Assembly (NCBI GenBank): GCA_028534125.1
Contig: CM052816.1
Location: 11,410,001-11,474,000 of the forward strand
DNA: 64,000 bases
Origin: Lama glama
Taxonomy: Eukaryota
Direction: 5' to 3'
Part shown: positions 49,780 through 62,143 of the stretch, piece by piece
Layout: every line of letters begins with the position of its first letter
Numbering within the stretch: position 1 is the first letter of the stretch
Program-made: the position numbers and the translations under genes
Notes under the pieces: generated by a model
The model's input: the letters and a program-made list of their open reading frames with translations, nothing else
Database searches by the model: none
Told to the model about the DNA's origin: nothing

Positions 49780-50923
49780 AAGAGTAATGGAAATAAAAAC
49801 AAAAATAAACAAGTGGGACCTAATTAAACTTAAAAGCTTTTGCACAGCAAAGGAAATCATAAAATGAAAAGAAAACCTATAGAATGGAAGAAAATATTTG
49901 CAAATGATGCAACTGACAAGGGATTAATTTCCAAAATATACAAGCAGTGCACACAGCTCAATATCAAAAAAACCAAACAACCCAATCAAAAAATAGGCAG
50001 AAGACCTAAATAGACATTTCTCCAGAAAAGACATTGAGATGGCCAACAGGTACATGAAAAGATGCTCAACATCACTAATTACTCGAGAAATGTAAATCAA
50101 AACTACAATGAGATATCACCTCACACTGGTCAGAATGACTATCCTCAAAAAATCTACAAGTAATATATGATGGAGAGGGTGTGGAGAAAACGGAAACCTC
50201 CACTGTTGGTGGGAATGTAATTTGGTGCAGCCACTATGGAGAACAGTATGGAGGTTCCTTAAAATCCCAAAAGAGTTACCAAGAAACCCAGCAATCCCAC
50301 TTCTGGGCATATATCTGGAGAAAACTCTAATTCAGAAAGATACATGCACCCCAATGTTCACAGCAGCACTTTCTACAATAGCCAAGACATGGAAGAAACC
50401 TAAGTGTTCATTGACAGATGACTGGATAAAGAAAATGTGATATATATATATACATATATATGCACACACACACAATGGAATACTACTCAGCCATAAAAAG
50501 GAATGAAATGTCATTGGCAGCAACATGAATGGACCTAGAGAGTATCATACTAAGTGAATTAAGTCAGACAGAAAAAGACAAATATATGATATCACTTGTA
50601 TGAGGCATCTAAAAAAAATGACACAAACAAACTTATTTACAAAACAGAAAGAGATTCCCATACACGGAAAACAAACTTACAGTTACCAGGGGGGATGGAG
50701 GAGGGAGGGATAAATTGGGAGTTTGGGTTTGGCAGATACAAAGTACTGTGTACAGAATAGATAAACAACAAGGTCCTACTGTATAGCACAGGGAACTATC
50801 TTCAATGGCTTTTTGTAACTGTAATGAGAAAGAATATATACATATAAACTGAATCACTATGCTCTGTACCAGAAACTAATACAACATTGAAAATCAACCG
50901 TACTTCAATAAAAATGAGGCAAA
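49780..50923 (+). mobile_element. 5'-truncated L1 (ORF2 C-terminus + 3'UTR)
   Basis: Degenerate ORF2 peptide [12 protein letters not shown]...[10 protein letters not shown]...DTCTPMFTAAL; TSD aagatctta(a/g)tgttt at 49765-49779 and 50924-50938. Confidence 0.92.
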
Positions 50924-51034
50924 AAGATCTTAGTGTTTTGATATGCCTTGTTTGAATAAATCTGTTTACAAGTTAGAACCCTCATCTCCTCAGCAAAGCG
51001 AGTAGGGTAATGCTCTTCAATACCATGGCCCTAG

Positions 51035-51225
51035 AGATGTGGCTCTCAAAATTTAGGACGCAGCAGATTCACCTAAAGGGGTTGTTGACCCACAGATTGC
51101 TGGGCCCTGCTCTCAGGATTTCTTACGCATTTTTGGGGTGGAGTTCAATAAGGTGCGTTTCTAACCAATTCCCAGGTGACACTGATGCTGCTTGGTTGGG
51201 GATCACACTTGGGGAACTTTTCTTC
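51035..51225. mobile_element. hAT-Charlie MITE, MER5A-like
   Basis: gtggctctcaaa...cacagattgctgggccc...tttctaaccaattcccaggtgacactgatgctgct...cacacttgggga. Confidence 0.75.
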
Positions 51226-51905
51226 TAGTGCAAACTCTGCAGCTTTGTGCTGTACATCTTGCTGTAATCTTACTGGCTTTCCAACTCTTCTCTGACTTAA
51301 AGCTGGGAGGATTTAGATAGCAGTTCTAGGTCTTGAGCTTTCTCCAGGAGACCTTTTAGGGGAGGTATTTGTGCTCCTAGCAGTCTGAGCACAGAAAAAC
51401 AGGAACCAAATCTTGGTGCCTCTCTCTCCAGTTGGCCCCCATTTAACTCTGGCCAGTATCCCAGGAGCCTGAGCTGCTCCCCACACACAGTGTGAGGCAA
51501 ATGGAAAAAAAGAAACATTTCAAAGTCTATCTTTAAAGCCTGGCAGAAAGCTGCCCTATAATTACACTAAGTGAACTAGTTACAACTTCTCTCGGATTGA
51601 TGTAGGATTATTAAGAGATTGCTCACATGGCCTGGTGGAATTCAAATAATGAATTTAGAGATTTTTGTTGCTGTTGTTGTTAAAACACCCTTCCCTTCTA
51701 AGCACTTCCTGCCTCTTAAATATTACAGAAAACAAAACCAGGAAGGAAAATGAAGTAAACCCTGAATTAATGTTCCTGATCAAAACCTGATTGCTGCTTC
51801 GGAAAAGCACAAGTTCCCAGCTTAATGTTCTAACTTAAGTGTCTCCTATTTTTGTAAGTGCGGGAGAAAACGAGGGCATGGAGGTACATATGAAAGCTCA
51901 CCTGT

Positions 51906-52190
51906 GATGTAACCATAATGCAAAGTATGGACTTTGGATGATGAAGGTGTGTCAGTGTAGATTCAACACTTGTAACAAATGTACCACTCTGTTGAGGGAC
52001 GTTAATAGTGGGAAAGTTGACACATGTGTGGAGGTAGAGGATATATGGGAAATTTCTGTACCTTCTCTCAATTTTGCTTTATTCTTTTATTTTTAAAAAT
52101 GAACTTTATTCTTAAAAATGTAGTCTTTTTAAAAAAATCATATTTCACTATTACTTTGGGCCCACTACCAAAATAAATAAGAAAAAAAAA
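51906..52190 (+). mobile_element. Old L1 (L1MC/MD-type) 3' end
   Basis: aagtatggactttgg...tgtaacaaatgtaccactctg...ggatatatgggaaatttctgtacc. Confidence 0.7.
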
Positions 52191-52547
52191 CACAACTCAC
52201 CTGTGGATATCACTTCAAAGGAATCGAGAGAAGCTAGAATGGGGATTTGGCGCTCCCAAGTTCACACAGATTTAACTCATTCTCCCTGCGACAGTAGTCT
52301 ATGAGCACACCAGCCAGTGGTGTATAGAAGGAAATAGACCAGGCCCATGGACCCTGGTGGGCCACTTTTATAATCCTAGTTTTGGAAGAGAGGACAGACA
52401 CTCTTGCCTTAAAATGTACTTATTTTATACCTTTTGGCTTATACCATTTGGACTTGCTTTGATTGAGAAAATCAGGGAATATGATTGCAAGAATATGGAT
52501 TCTGGCAGGCGTTTGGAATCCAAGTTTCTTGAGAGTAGGAACTAACT

Positions 52548-52957
52548 TTTTTTTTTTAATTGAGTATAGTCAGTTACAACCTGTCAGTTTCTGGTGTACA
52601 GCACAATATCCCAGTCATGTATGTGTGTGTGTGTATATATATATATGTATTCATTTTCATATTCTTTTTCATTAAAGGTTATTATAAGATATTGAATATA
52701 GTTCCCTGTGCTATAGAGAATAAAAAATAAATCTATTTTTATATATAGTGGTTAAAATTTGCAAATCTCAAACTCCCAAATTTATCCCTTCCCAGTCCCT
52801 TTCCTCCGGTAACCATGAGATTGTTTACTATGTCTGCAAGTCTGTTTCTGTTTTGTAGATGAGCTCATTAGTGTCCTCTTCCTTTTTTTTCTTTTCTTTT
52901 CTTTTCTTTTCTTTTCTTTTCTTTTCTTTTCTTTTCTTTTCTTTTCTTTTCTTTTCT

Positions 52958-53017
<60 letters not shown>

Positions 53018-53185
53018 TTTTCTTCCTTCCTTCCTTCTTTCTTTCCTTTCTTTCTTCCACATATGCATGATATCATACGGTATTTTTCTTTCTCTTTCTG
53101 GCTTGCTTTACTTAGAATGACAATCTCTAGGTCCATCCATGTTGCTGCAAATAGCATTATGTTATTCTTTTTTTATCTCTGAGCA
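52548..53185 (-). mobile_element. Young L1 3' end with an internal expanded microsatellite
   Basis: T tract then aattgagtatagtcagttac...gttgctgcaaatagcatt; TSD gaactaact at 52539-52547 and 53186-53194. Confidence 0.9.
52879..53057. repeat. (TTTTC)n/(TTTC)n/(TTCC)n polypyrimidine tract
   Basis: About 180 bp of C/T only. Confidence 0.95.
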
Positions 53186-56100
53186 GAACTAACTCTTATT
53201 AAGATTTGTAGCCCCATATTTCTGAGCACATAATTAGGGATCAATGAACTCCACAAATGTCTAAGAATGACAGAATGTTACTGTGAAAAGAACAAGGGCT
53301 TTAGAGTTAGTGATTTGCATTCAAAGCCCAACAATATCTCCTACTCTCTTTGTGACCTTAAGCAAGACATTTAGCCTCTTTGTCACTCAGCTTCCTCATT
53401 CTGTAAAGGGGGGGGGTCAATCAGTGCACAAGATTCACTGAGTGCCTGTGTGTGCTGACAGTTCTAGACCCCGGGGCTGCGTCAGTGATCAAAGCACTCA
53501 GTTCTGTTTTCAACGTGTCTGTAACTTTAGAGCCCCTATCTCAGTCTGCCTCTCAGGAAGGCCATATATGAGATAAGGGTCAGAGAACCTGGGTTCAAAT
53601 CCTGCCTCGACCATTAACTAGCTGTGAATCTCAGCAGGCGAATGCTAATGGGACCAGCCATATGGGGATGCTGTCAAGATCACATGCATGACTTTGTGTG
53701 TAGTTGGGCAGATGAGTTACACAAAGGGACACTCCTACCAAGCAGCTGATGTGGCCCTGTTTCAGGGCTTGGTGAGCAGAGGTTGGATTCAATCCCCCAG
53801 GTACCTCCTTCGCTGGATACTGTGTACAGATACATGCAAAAGCCCCTAGAACAGGGCCTGGCTATCCTTAGTCAATAAATGTTATCTTTTATTCTTGCAG
53901 GGGTGTGATGAGAATTTAATGCAAGCAAGGCATCTATAGTATTTAGTTGGTGTTCAGTCTCTTAGTCCCTTTCTCTGAGTCTGTGGAGGAAGAATAAACA
54001 TATATGTCAGAACAAAGTATAGGTGATGGGCACCCACTAGCCACCTGGCCTTTTCTTTTGCTATGGTATGTGCAGGAGGTCGCCTGACCTAAGACAAAGA
54101 GCTCTGGGCTAGTGATTGGAGACATGGGTTCTGCCTCAAGGAGCATAACTTCTTATCTACCTGTTCTAGCCCAGGTGCTAGACTCCAAGATGTAACTTCC
54201 TGCTTGTTGAAAAGATATGAGAAGCTTTATTTCCTCCTTTGGTAAGGATAATTAACATGTACATATAAAAGGATGAGATTTCTTTTTGATTTGCCATTTA
54301 ATCTTGCCATTACCAGTGGTAGGCATGGTTTAATGTTTCTCCAATAATAAAACTTTTTTTCTTTCTTGTGTAATAAAAGAAGACTTGGGTTCTGGCCCCC
54401 ACTCACCCATTGCTTGCCTCTATCTGTCCAGGCAACCTTCACCAAGCCTCAGTTTTCTCATCTGTAAATGAAATGAGGGTGTGGGTTGACCTCAGTCATG
54501 TTCTGGTATTATGGCATGAATGCACCTCACTGTAACAAGTTCATGCTTTGCCTAGTGTGTGCACAGACAAAGCGGTATGAGCCAGACTGTGGAAAGAGGT
54601 GAGTGGGTGAGTGAGTCTCAGAGCGACTTTCTGTTCCAACATGCTCTATTACAAAGCATGGATTGAGATGGCAGGACTTACCTAGGATCACACAATGGGT
54701 TGGCTCCAGATGGTTTCAAATGACCTTAACTTAGAAAACCATCGGGAGAACTGGCTAGAGAGCCTAGCTGTCAACGAGATGGCTTAGGCATGTGAGATTC
54801 TCTTTCATGTTTAAGGCGTGCTTGACTAACTGGGTTGCAGTGGCTAAATCACTTCTGGTCCATTTGATCTAAGGCTCTATCCCACTCAGATATGTTATCA
54901 GTCAGTGACTAATATCTTTCCCTTCTCTTTGCCTTTTCCAGTTGGAACAAGACTAGTCAACGTAACAGACAGGCGTGAACGAGGCATCCTTTCTCTCAAT
55001 TTGGGGAGGGAAACTACAGCCAGATGGTTTCTAAGCAGTTAGTGATTTTATTTAGTCGTTAAGCAAGTGTGTTTCAATTGAAAATCCCTTTTTGTTTTCC
55101 CTTCTGAACTCCATTAGTCTGTAAAATAGCAGATGAAAGTCATTACTTATCACTGAGTGTTTGCTGTGGATCAGGAAGGGGCTAAAATACATTTAAATGT
55201 AATATTTCATTCAATCTTTACAAAGAGCCTATGAGGCAGGTATTACTGTTATTTTATAGGCAAAGAGATTTGAAGCTCAGAGAGGAGGAGTAACCTGCCT
55301 TAGGTCACACAGCTGATAAGTAAGTGGTACAGTATGAGGATAAAGCCCAGCCTCTTTCCTCGGCAGCATGCTACACTTATTAATGATCCCTCTCCATGCA
55401 GTGTTATGGGAGTGGCTTCTCTGTTATAGTTGCTTAATATTCTAGGTCAATTAATTCCATAAATTTACTAAAAATCCATCACACATAAAGGAAGGATCTT
55501 TACTGGTGTGCATGTGACCTGCCACTGCCTTACTCAAGCTGCCTGGTTAAGTATTTGTATCTGCAATTCACTGCAATGTCAGACTTTTCAAAAACGTCAA
55601 CACCGTTCATTCCTTACTGAGTGCCTATTGCAAGTTACATTTACCAGTTAGTACTATGTCCTAATTAATGCAGTGTCTCATCTAAGCCTCACAACAGTCC
55701 GTAGGGTAAGTCCTATTGGCCCAACCTTCAGATAAAGGACGTGAGGCACAGAGCAGGGGTTCATCTACAGCCCCGCAGCTTGTAAATGGCAGAGCCAGGT
55801 GTGAGGACACAACGTCTTCTGCTTCCTTGGACTCTCTGCTGAGGATCCAGTGTCCCTGCGTAAAGCCTGAACTCAATTCAAGTTTATTGCTCGGTTAGAG
55901 TCCAGCAGGGTTGACTGTGAACCATCGGATTAATGGTTTTACTCATCTCTCCCTCTGGGCAGGTGGGGACCAGTGGGGGCTTTGTCAAGCCAAACAGTGC
56001 AGGCAGCAGGGGTGGGGGCTGGGACTAGCTGACCTGCCTACCCGGAATTGGTGCAAGGGTGTTGGGGGTTGGGGGTGTCCTCACACCCAGCTTGCTGTGA

Positions 56101-59100
56101 GTCACCTTGTGACTGCAAGAGGCGGCTTTCTGTGCTGCCTGCAGCTGCCCCTTTCAGACAGCAAGACGGGAGTCAGGGGTGTGCCACGTTCAGCCATCCT
56201 TCTTAGAACAAGTGTTGGAAAATACTAGTTCCAAGGACCGATGTTGAGCAAGGTTTTCAGAGCCATCGCGTTAAAATGGCTATTGGGAAACTGAGCTCCA
56301 GTGTCACTTGGGAAGGACGGAGTGTTCAGGAATAGAATGAGGACATTGCAAATGAGCCGTGAAAAACAAGCCCAGGCTCCAGCCCAGCTGCCTGGGCCCA
56401 GATGTGCTCCCTACAAAAAAAACTGGCAGAACATGGGTGTGGGACGCTGCCTGGAGGAGCTGGCGTCTTCCAAGGTCCTGGGCGCAGCTTGGCTGTAGTG
56501 CTTCGCTCTAGGTCCTGAAAACCCAGGTGGGCCAGAAAAGGTTCAGAAGCATGAGCAAAGCTGAGGGTCCCACCGCCTTCAGTTCAAGATCATGTTTTTC
56601 TAATGGGCTGCTTCCTGCTGACACCAATCCAATACATTGTAGACCTAGGGTTTCCTAATTGATTGCAAGTCTTTTAGGAACAAATTTGTATTTGTTTGGA
56701 AACTGTTCTCTCTTATTTCTCCATTCTCTCTTAACTTCTCCTTTCCTCTCCTCTCCTCCGCTCTCTTAAAATACAACTGCAGTACTTTTTATGACATAAT
56801 AAAAGCAGTATCTCTTTCTTCCAAAACGGAGCAATAGAGATTTCAGCTACTCATCTCTCTTAAAAGGATGAATCTATTTTGGGACAAGTCGACAACTATC
56901 ACATGCATGATGAAAAGTCTGAAGAAGTGAAAGAGGCTCAAAACACTTACAATGGAGAGAAGTGCAACTCCCTTCAGATCCACTGTCTTATTGGGTGGTT
57001 TGGAAGATAATGTTGCAAATGCCCAGTTCCTAAATGATCATATCACTTTTTTTTGCTCAGACTCTTCAGCAGTCTTGCCAGTGCCCCAAAGATAGAGTTT
57101 TGATTCCTTAATATGTCAACTTCTCCACCTTCATTGTTCCTCTCTCTTCTTCTGATGTTCCTAGTTCTCTCTTGTCCCGGGACCTTTCCCCATGCTGTTC
57201 CTCTGCTCAGGACCCTCTTTATCATATCCTTTAACCACCTAGCTCTTACCCACCTTTCAAGTCCCAGTTGAGATGCCATTTACTGCAGAAAGCCGTTTCT
57301 GGCTCCCAAGGACAGGTCGGGTATCTCTCCAGGAGACCCTTTGCTTCCCCAACCACAGCTTTTTATTACACTGCATGCCCACATGCCTGTCTTACTGCAG
57401 TAAACCATGAGTTCCTTAAAGGCGAGGTTTCCATCTTGGTTCCTCTTGTGTCCCTCATGCCTAGCTCTGTGCTTTCCACTGTGAATAAAGTGGCAAACAA
57501 GACAAAGTCCCACCCCCACCATGGCGCTCCAGCTGAGATCAGGGTAGTGTACATTGCCAGCCCGAGCTCCACTCGGACCCCAGTTACCTGCAAAATCCCT
57601 CAACCAGCCAGGCCAAGTGACTTGCCATGGTGCCAGACCATTAGAGAGAAAGATCATCTGTGTAAACTCTGGATCTCCTGGAAGGGTGCAAAGGACGTAG
57701 GAGCAGTGGCAGAGTAGATGCCTGCCTCTAGGGTGATGTGGCCCAGCAGATACTTGTGCTTGCTGTGACACTCACACGTTGAGGCAGTGCTCAGGTTGGG
57801 AGGAGCCTTCATGTCCAGTCCACTGTCCCTTCTATGGCTTTGGGCAGTCACTGAGGATTACCGTGTGAATGGTACCCTGCGGCCTGAACTATATGGAGCA
57901 GGTGAAGCATTCTGGGTGGGTAGGACTGGTGGTTAGTGTTGGAGACCCACATCCCTCTAATGCCTTCACTTCTGCAGTCACTCCCTCAGAAGGCAACAAA
58001 CCAATTTCTCCTGAAAAGTAGAAACAGATCCTTTGCTATTCCAATGGGATGCTGCAGTATTTCCTGTTCTCTCTACCTACCAGAGTTAAGAGCATGACCC
58101 CTCCCTTCCTTCTTTCCTTTCTCCCCTCCTTCCCCTTTTGGTATGTTAGTTTTATTTATTTATTTTCCAGATGAATTAATGCAAGCTAAGTTAAATAACA
58201 TACTCAAGGTCATTAGATGAGTGGTGTAGTAAGGTTTCAAACAAAGTCTCTCTGGCTCTAAATCCCAAGAAGTATATTCTTTGATGAGAGAAAGTAGGTT
58301 CATATCTCTGCTGCCGCACTTCCAGCTGGGTAACCCTGGCTCAGTCTCCTCTATAAACTGAAGATGATAACAGTACAGCCTCATACAGTTGTTGTGGGAC
58401 TAACTGAGTTAGCTGATATACAGTGCTCAGAACTTGTTAAATTCTCAGAACTGTTAGCCATTATTATTATTTTTACTCCTTGGCTATTTCAAGCCTCATG
58501 TGTCATCTTGTGTCTTTACTCTGGGGATTGATCGTAGTCTGGCCATTCCAGATTGATAGCCTTGTTTATCCAACACTGCTGGGGTCAGCTAAGACCATGT
58601 CATTTCCTTCTTCAGCACCCATCATAACACCCAGCACATGGCTGGCCACAGTAGACATCCTGATCATTCATTCAAGCCTGGATGCTTGCCTCCCCTATCC
58701 TAGAAAACAGCACAGTATTGAGAAATAAACACAGCCTTCAGAGCCTTTTGCCAGCTAGGAGATTTTGGAAAAATAACCTTCCTGTTCTAATCTCCACTTT
58801 CCATATCAGTCAAGTGGAAATAATAATCCCTACCTTGTACAGTGACTGTGAAGGTGAAGTGACACACATAGGGGCCTCCCTCATCCAGCTCCTGTGACCA
58901 GAACAGTCAGCTCTGATGCTGGGATCCAGAGGGAAGGAGAGAGGCAGACTGCTGTTTATTGTCTTGTTGCTTCATTTACTTACAAACCAATAAAGCCTGC
59001 TTGTCAGCTTTTGACTGCTAGGAAAAGTTTCCAAGCCCAAGGGCTCAGTTTGTAGAGGGAACAAACATGGCTTCTTGCAGAGTTCTCAAGTCCAGACACA

Positions 59101-59619
59101 GCCATGTAAGTAATATTCATAGGTTGTTTTCAGCTGGATTTGTAAGTTCTTGCAAGAGGAAGCAGGGCCTTGGTCTAAGGAGCACCAGCCCAATGCAAAG
59201 AAAACCTCAAAACTAGAGACTATTTGGGTTTGGAAGTTCTTGGAACTAGGTTCCCATTAATATTCCGTATGACTCAACAATGATTCAAAGTGTCATAAAG
59301 AGATTGATTCCCCCACACCCTTCTTTGCAAATGCTTTGAGAATAATGTGAAGATCAAATTGCATTTCTAACCATGTCAGTGAAAATTACCTGTTCATTAA
59401 TTATTAGAACATTTGATATCCACTAAGTCTATAAAGTTCACTTTCCTCTTTACAAAAATTCTCAAAGCTTCAAATTCCCAGGGGGTTGGGGAAACTGAAA
59501 GAATATTGTCCTTATACTGACCATCATTTTGTTTACTAGGGTAAGATGGGGCCCAGTCAACCCCCTAGTAGGAAGGAAAGCAGCTATAGAATAGTGGTCA
59601 AGAGTACTGATGTGGCCGC

Positions 59620-60105
59620 CTGATTAAAAATGGGCAGAGTTGCTGAATAGACATTTTTTCCAAAGAAGACATACAGATGGCCACCAGGCGTGTGAAAAGA
59701 TGCTCAGCATCACTAGTCATCTGAGAAATGCAAAGTAAAAGCACAATGAGATATCAACTCAAACTTGTCAGAATAGTTATTAACAAAAAGTCAACAAATT
59801 ACAAGTGTTGGCGAGGAAGCAGAGAATAGGGATCCCTCTTGCACTATTGGTGGGAATGTAAATTGGTGCAGCCACTGTGGAAGACAGTATGGAGATTCCT
59901 CAAAAAATTAAGAACGGAACTACCAGATAATCCAGCTATTTACTTCTGGGTATTTATCCAAAGAATACGAAATCAGTAATCTGAAAAGATACCTGCACCC
60001 CCATGTTCATCATGGAATTATTTACGATACTCAACATATGGAAACAACCTAAGTGCCCATCAATAGGTGATGAATGTAAAGATGTGGTAGGTATATAATA
60101 TATAC
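59620..60105 (+). mobile_element. L1 ORF2 C-terminal fragment
   Basis: aaaaatgggcagag...gaagacatacagatggcc...ggtgggaatgtaaattggtgcagcc...ggaaacaacctaagtg. Confidence 0.85.
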
Positions 60106-60816
60106 TGTATCTCATGTTTCTCTTGTGCTCCCCCCAGCATTTGGTACCGTGCTGGATATGGAATGTGTATTTTAATTCTTGTGAACTAGAAACCCTTTCC
60201 AGAAGGTTTTCAACACAAGAGTTTTTCTTCAAATCATTCTGAAAACTGGTCTGAAAATTATGAAGACAATAGCTAACATGTATCGAGCAAGTACAATGTT
60301 CAAGCATTGTTATAAACCACTACGTAAGTTGTCTTCCTTTTTTCTCACAACTCCAAGATTTAGGTGTTATTGATTCCACTCTAAAATCGAGTCTCCAAAA
60401 ATAGGTCTTGTTTATGTCACTTCTCTGTCTCCACTGCTACCGTCATCTCTCTTTGCCATACTCTCCTCACTGTCTCCCCCACTTCCTCTTTGCCCTCACC
60501 CAGTCCTTCTCACCAATGCAGCCAGATGAGCCTTAGAAAATGTAAATTAGATCATATCCTTCCCATCTAAAATTTCTCAGTGGCTTCCCATTGTCCTTAA
60601 AATCTGACTGGGCCCCTGCTTCCCTCTCCTTCCCCTGTGGCTCCTCTCCCCTCCTTTACACCTGAGCACACATCCTCTGATAATCACTCTCCCCTCTGCA
60701 GGACCTTTGCACAAGCTACTCCCTTGCTCAGATACTCCTGCCCAACTCTTAAGTTAGGTCATCCCAACTTACCTTCCCTCAGGAAGTACCTTTTTCTCAT
60801 CCCTGATCCTCATTTT

Positions 60817-61171
60817 TTTTTAAATTGAGGTATAGTCAGTTTATAACATTGTATCAATTTCTGATATACAGCACAATTCTTCAGTCATACATGAATATAT
60901 GTACATTTATTTTTATATTCTTTTTCACCATGAGCTACTACAAGATATTGAACGTATTTCCCTGTGCTATACAGTATAAACTTGTTTATCTATTTTATAT
61001 ATGCCAGACAGTATCTGCAAATCTCGAACTCCCAGTTTATCCCTTCCCACCTCCCTCCCCTCTAGCAACAACAAGTCTGTATTCTATGTCTGTGAGTCTG
61101 TTTCTGTTTTATACATAAGTTCATTTGTCTTTTTTTTTTAGATGCCACATATGAGTGATATCATATGGTAA
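60817..61171 (-). mobile_element. Young L1 3' end
   Basis: TSD tgatcct(c/g)atttt at 60804-60816 and 61172-61184; homologous to the reverse complement of 28530-28880. Confidence 0.9.
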
Positions 61172-61227
61172 TGATCCTGATTTTTAGTATGTCTCCCTCA
61201 TCAACTATTGTCTAAAATATCCCTCCT

Positions 61228-61806
61228 CAAAAACTCTAATTCTAAAAGATATATGCACCCAAATATTCACAGCAGCACTATATACAATAGCCAAGATATG
61301 GAAGCAACCTAAATTTTCATCAACAGATGACTGGATAAAGAAGATGTGGTATATTTATACAATGGAATACTACTCAGCCATAAAAATAATAAAATAATGC
61401 CATTTGCAGCAACATGCATGGACCTAGAGATTATCACACTAAGTGAAGTAAGTCAGAGAAAGACAAATACCATATGATATCAGTTATATGTGGAATCTGA
61501 AAAAAAGACACAAATGAACTTATTTACAAAACAGAAATAGACTCAGACATAGAAAACAAACTTATCATTACCAAAGGGGAGAGGGGATTGGGAAGGGATA
61601 AATTAGTAGCTTGGGATTAGCAGACACAAATTACTAAATACAGAATAAACAACAGGGACCTACTGTATAGTCTAGGGAACTATAGTCAATATCCTATAAT
61701 TAAACCATAATGGAAAAGAAGATGAAAAAGAATATATATATATATATATATCACTCTACTGTACACCATAAACTAACACAATATTGTAAATTAACTATAC
61801 TTCAGT
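61228..61806 (+). mobile_element. L1 3' end
   Basis: aaaactctaattctaaaagatatatgcaccc...gatgactggataaagaag...ttaactatacttca. Confidence 0.88.
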
Positions 61807-61984
61807 TATCAATCACACCTTAATATTTTATATTTATTTGTGTGTTTTACTACTTAACATCTCTCTGATGAGACCGCACACTGTGTAAGACAGGAAACTG
61901 CATCTACATTTTTCTCCACTGCATTCCCTCCATGGCCTTGCAGTACATCTGGCATATGGAGGCTGATAAGTAAATATTTGTTGA

Positions 61985-62143
61985 GGGGGAGAGTGTAGCT
62001 CAGTGGTAGAGTGCAGTGTTTAGCATGCACAAGGTCCTGGGTTCAATCCCCAGTACCTCCATTAAATAAATAAATTAGCCTAATTACCTCCCCCACAGAA
62101 ATAAAATAAAATGGTGTAATCACGTTTCCAATAAACAGATAAA
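61985..62143 (+). mobile_element. tRNA-derived SINE (Vic-1-like) inserted in an L2 tail
   Basis: gtagctcagtggtagag...gggttcaatccccagtacctcc; 14-bp TSD taaatatttgttga at 61971-61984 and 62144-62157. Confidence 0.92.

Noticed and set aside
52782..53182. Lys/Glu/Arg-rich and Phe/Ser-rich ORFs
   Set aside because: Translations of the microsatellite inside an L1 3'UTR.
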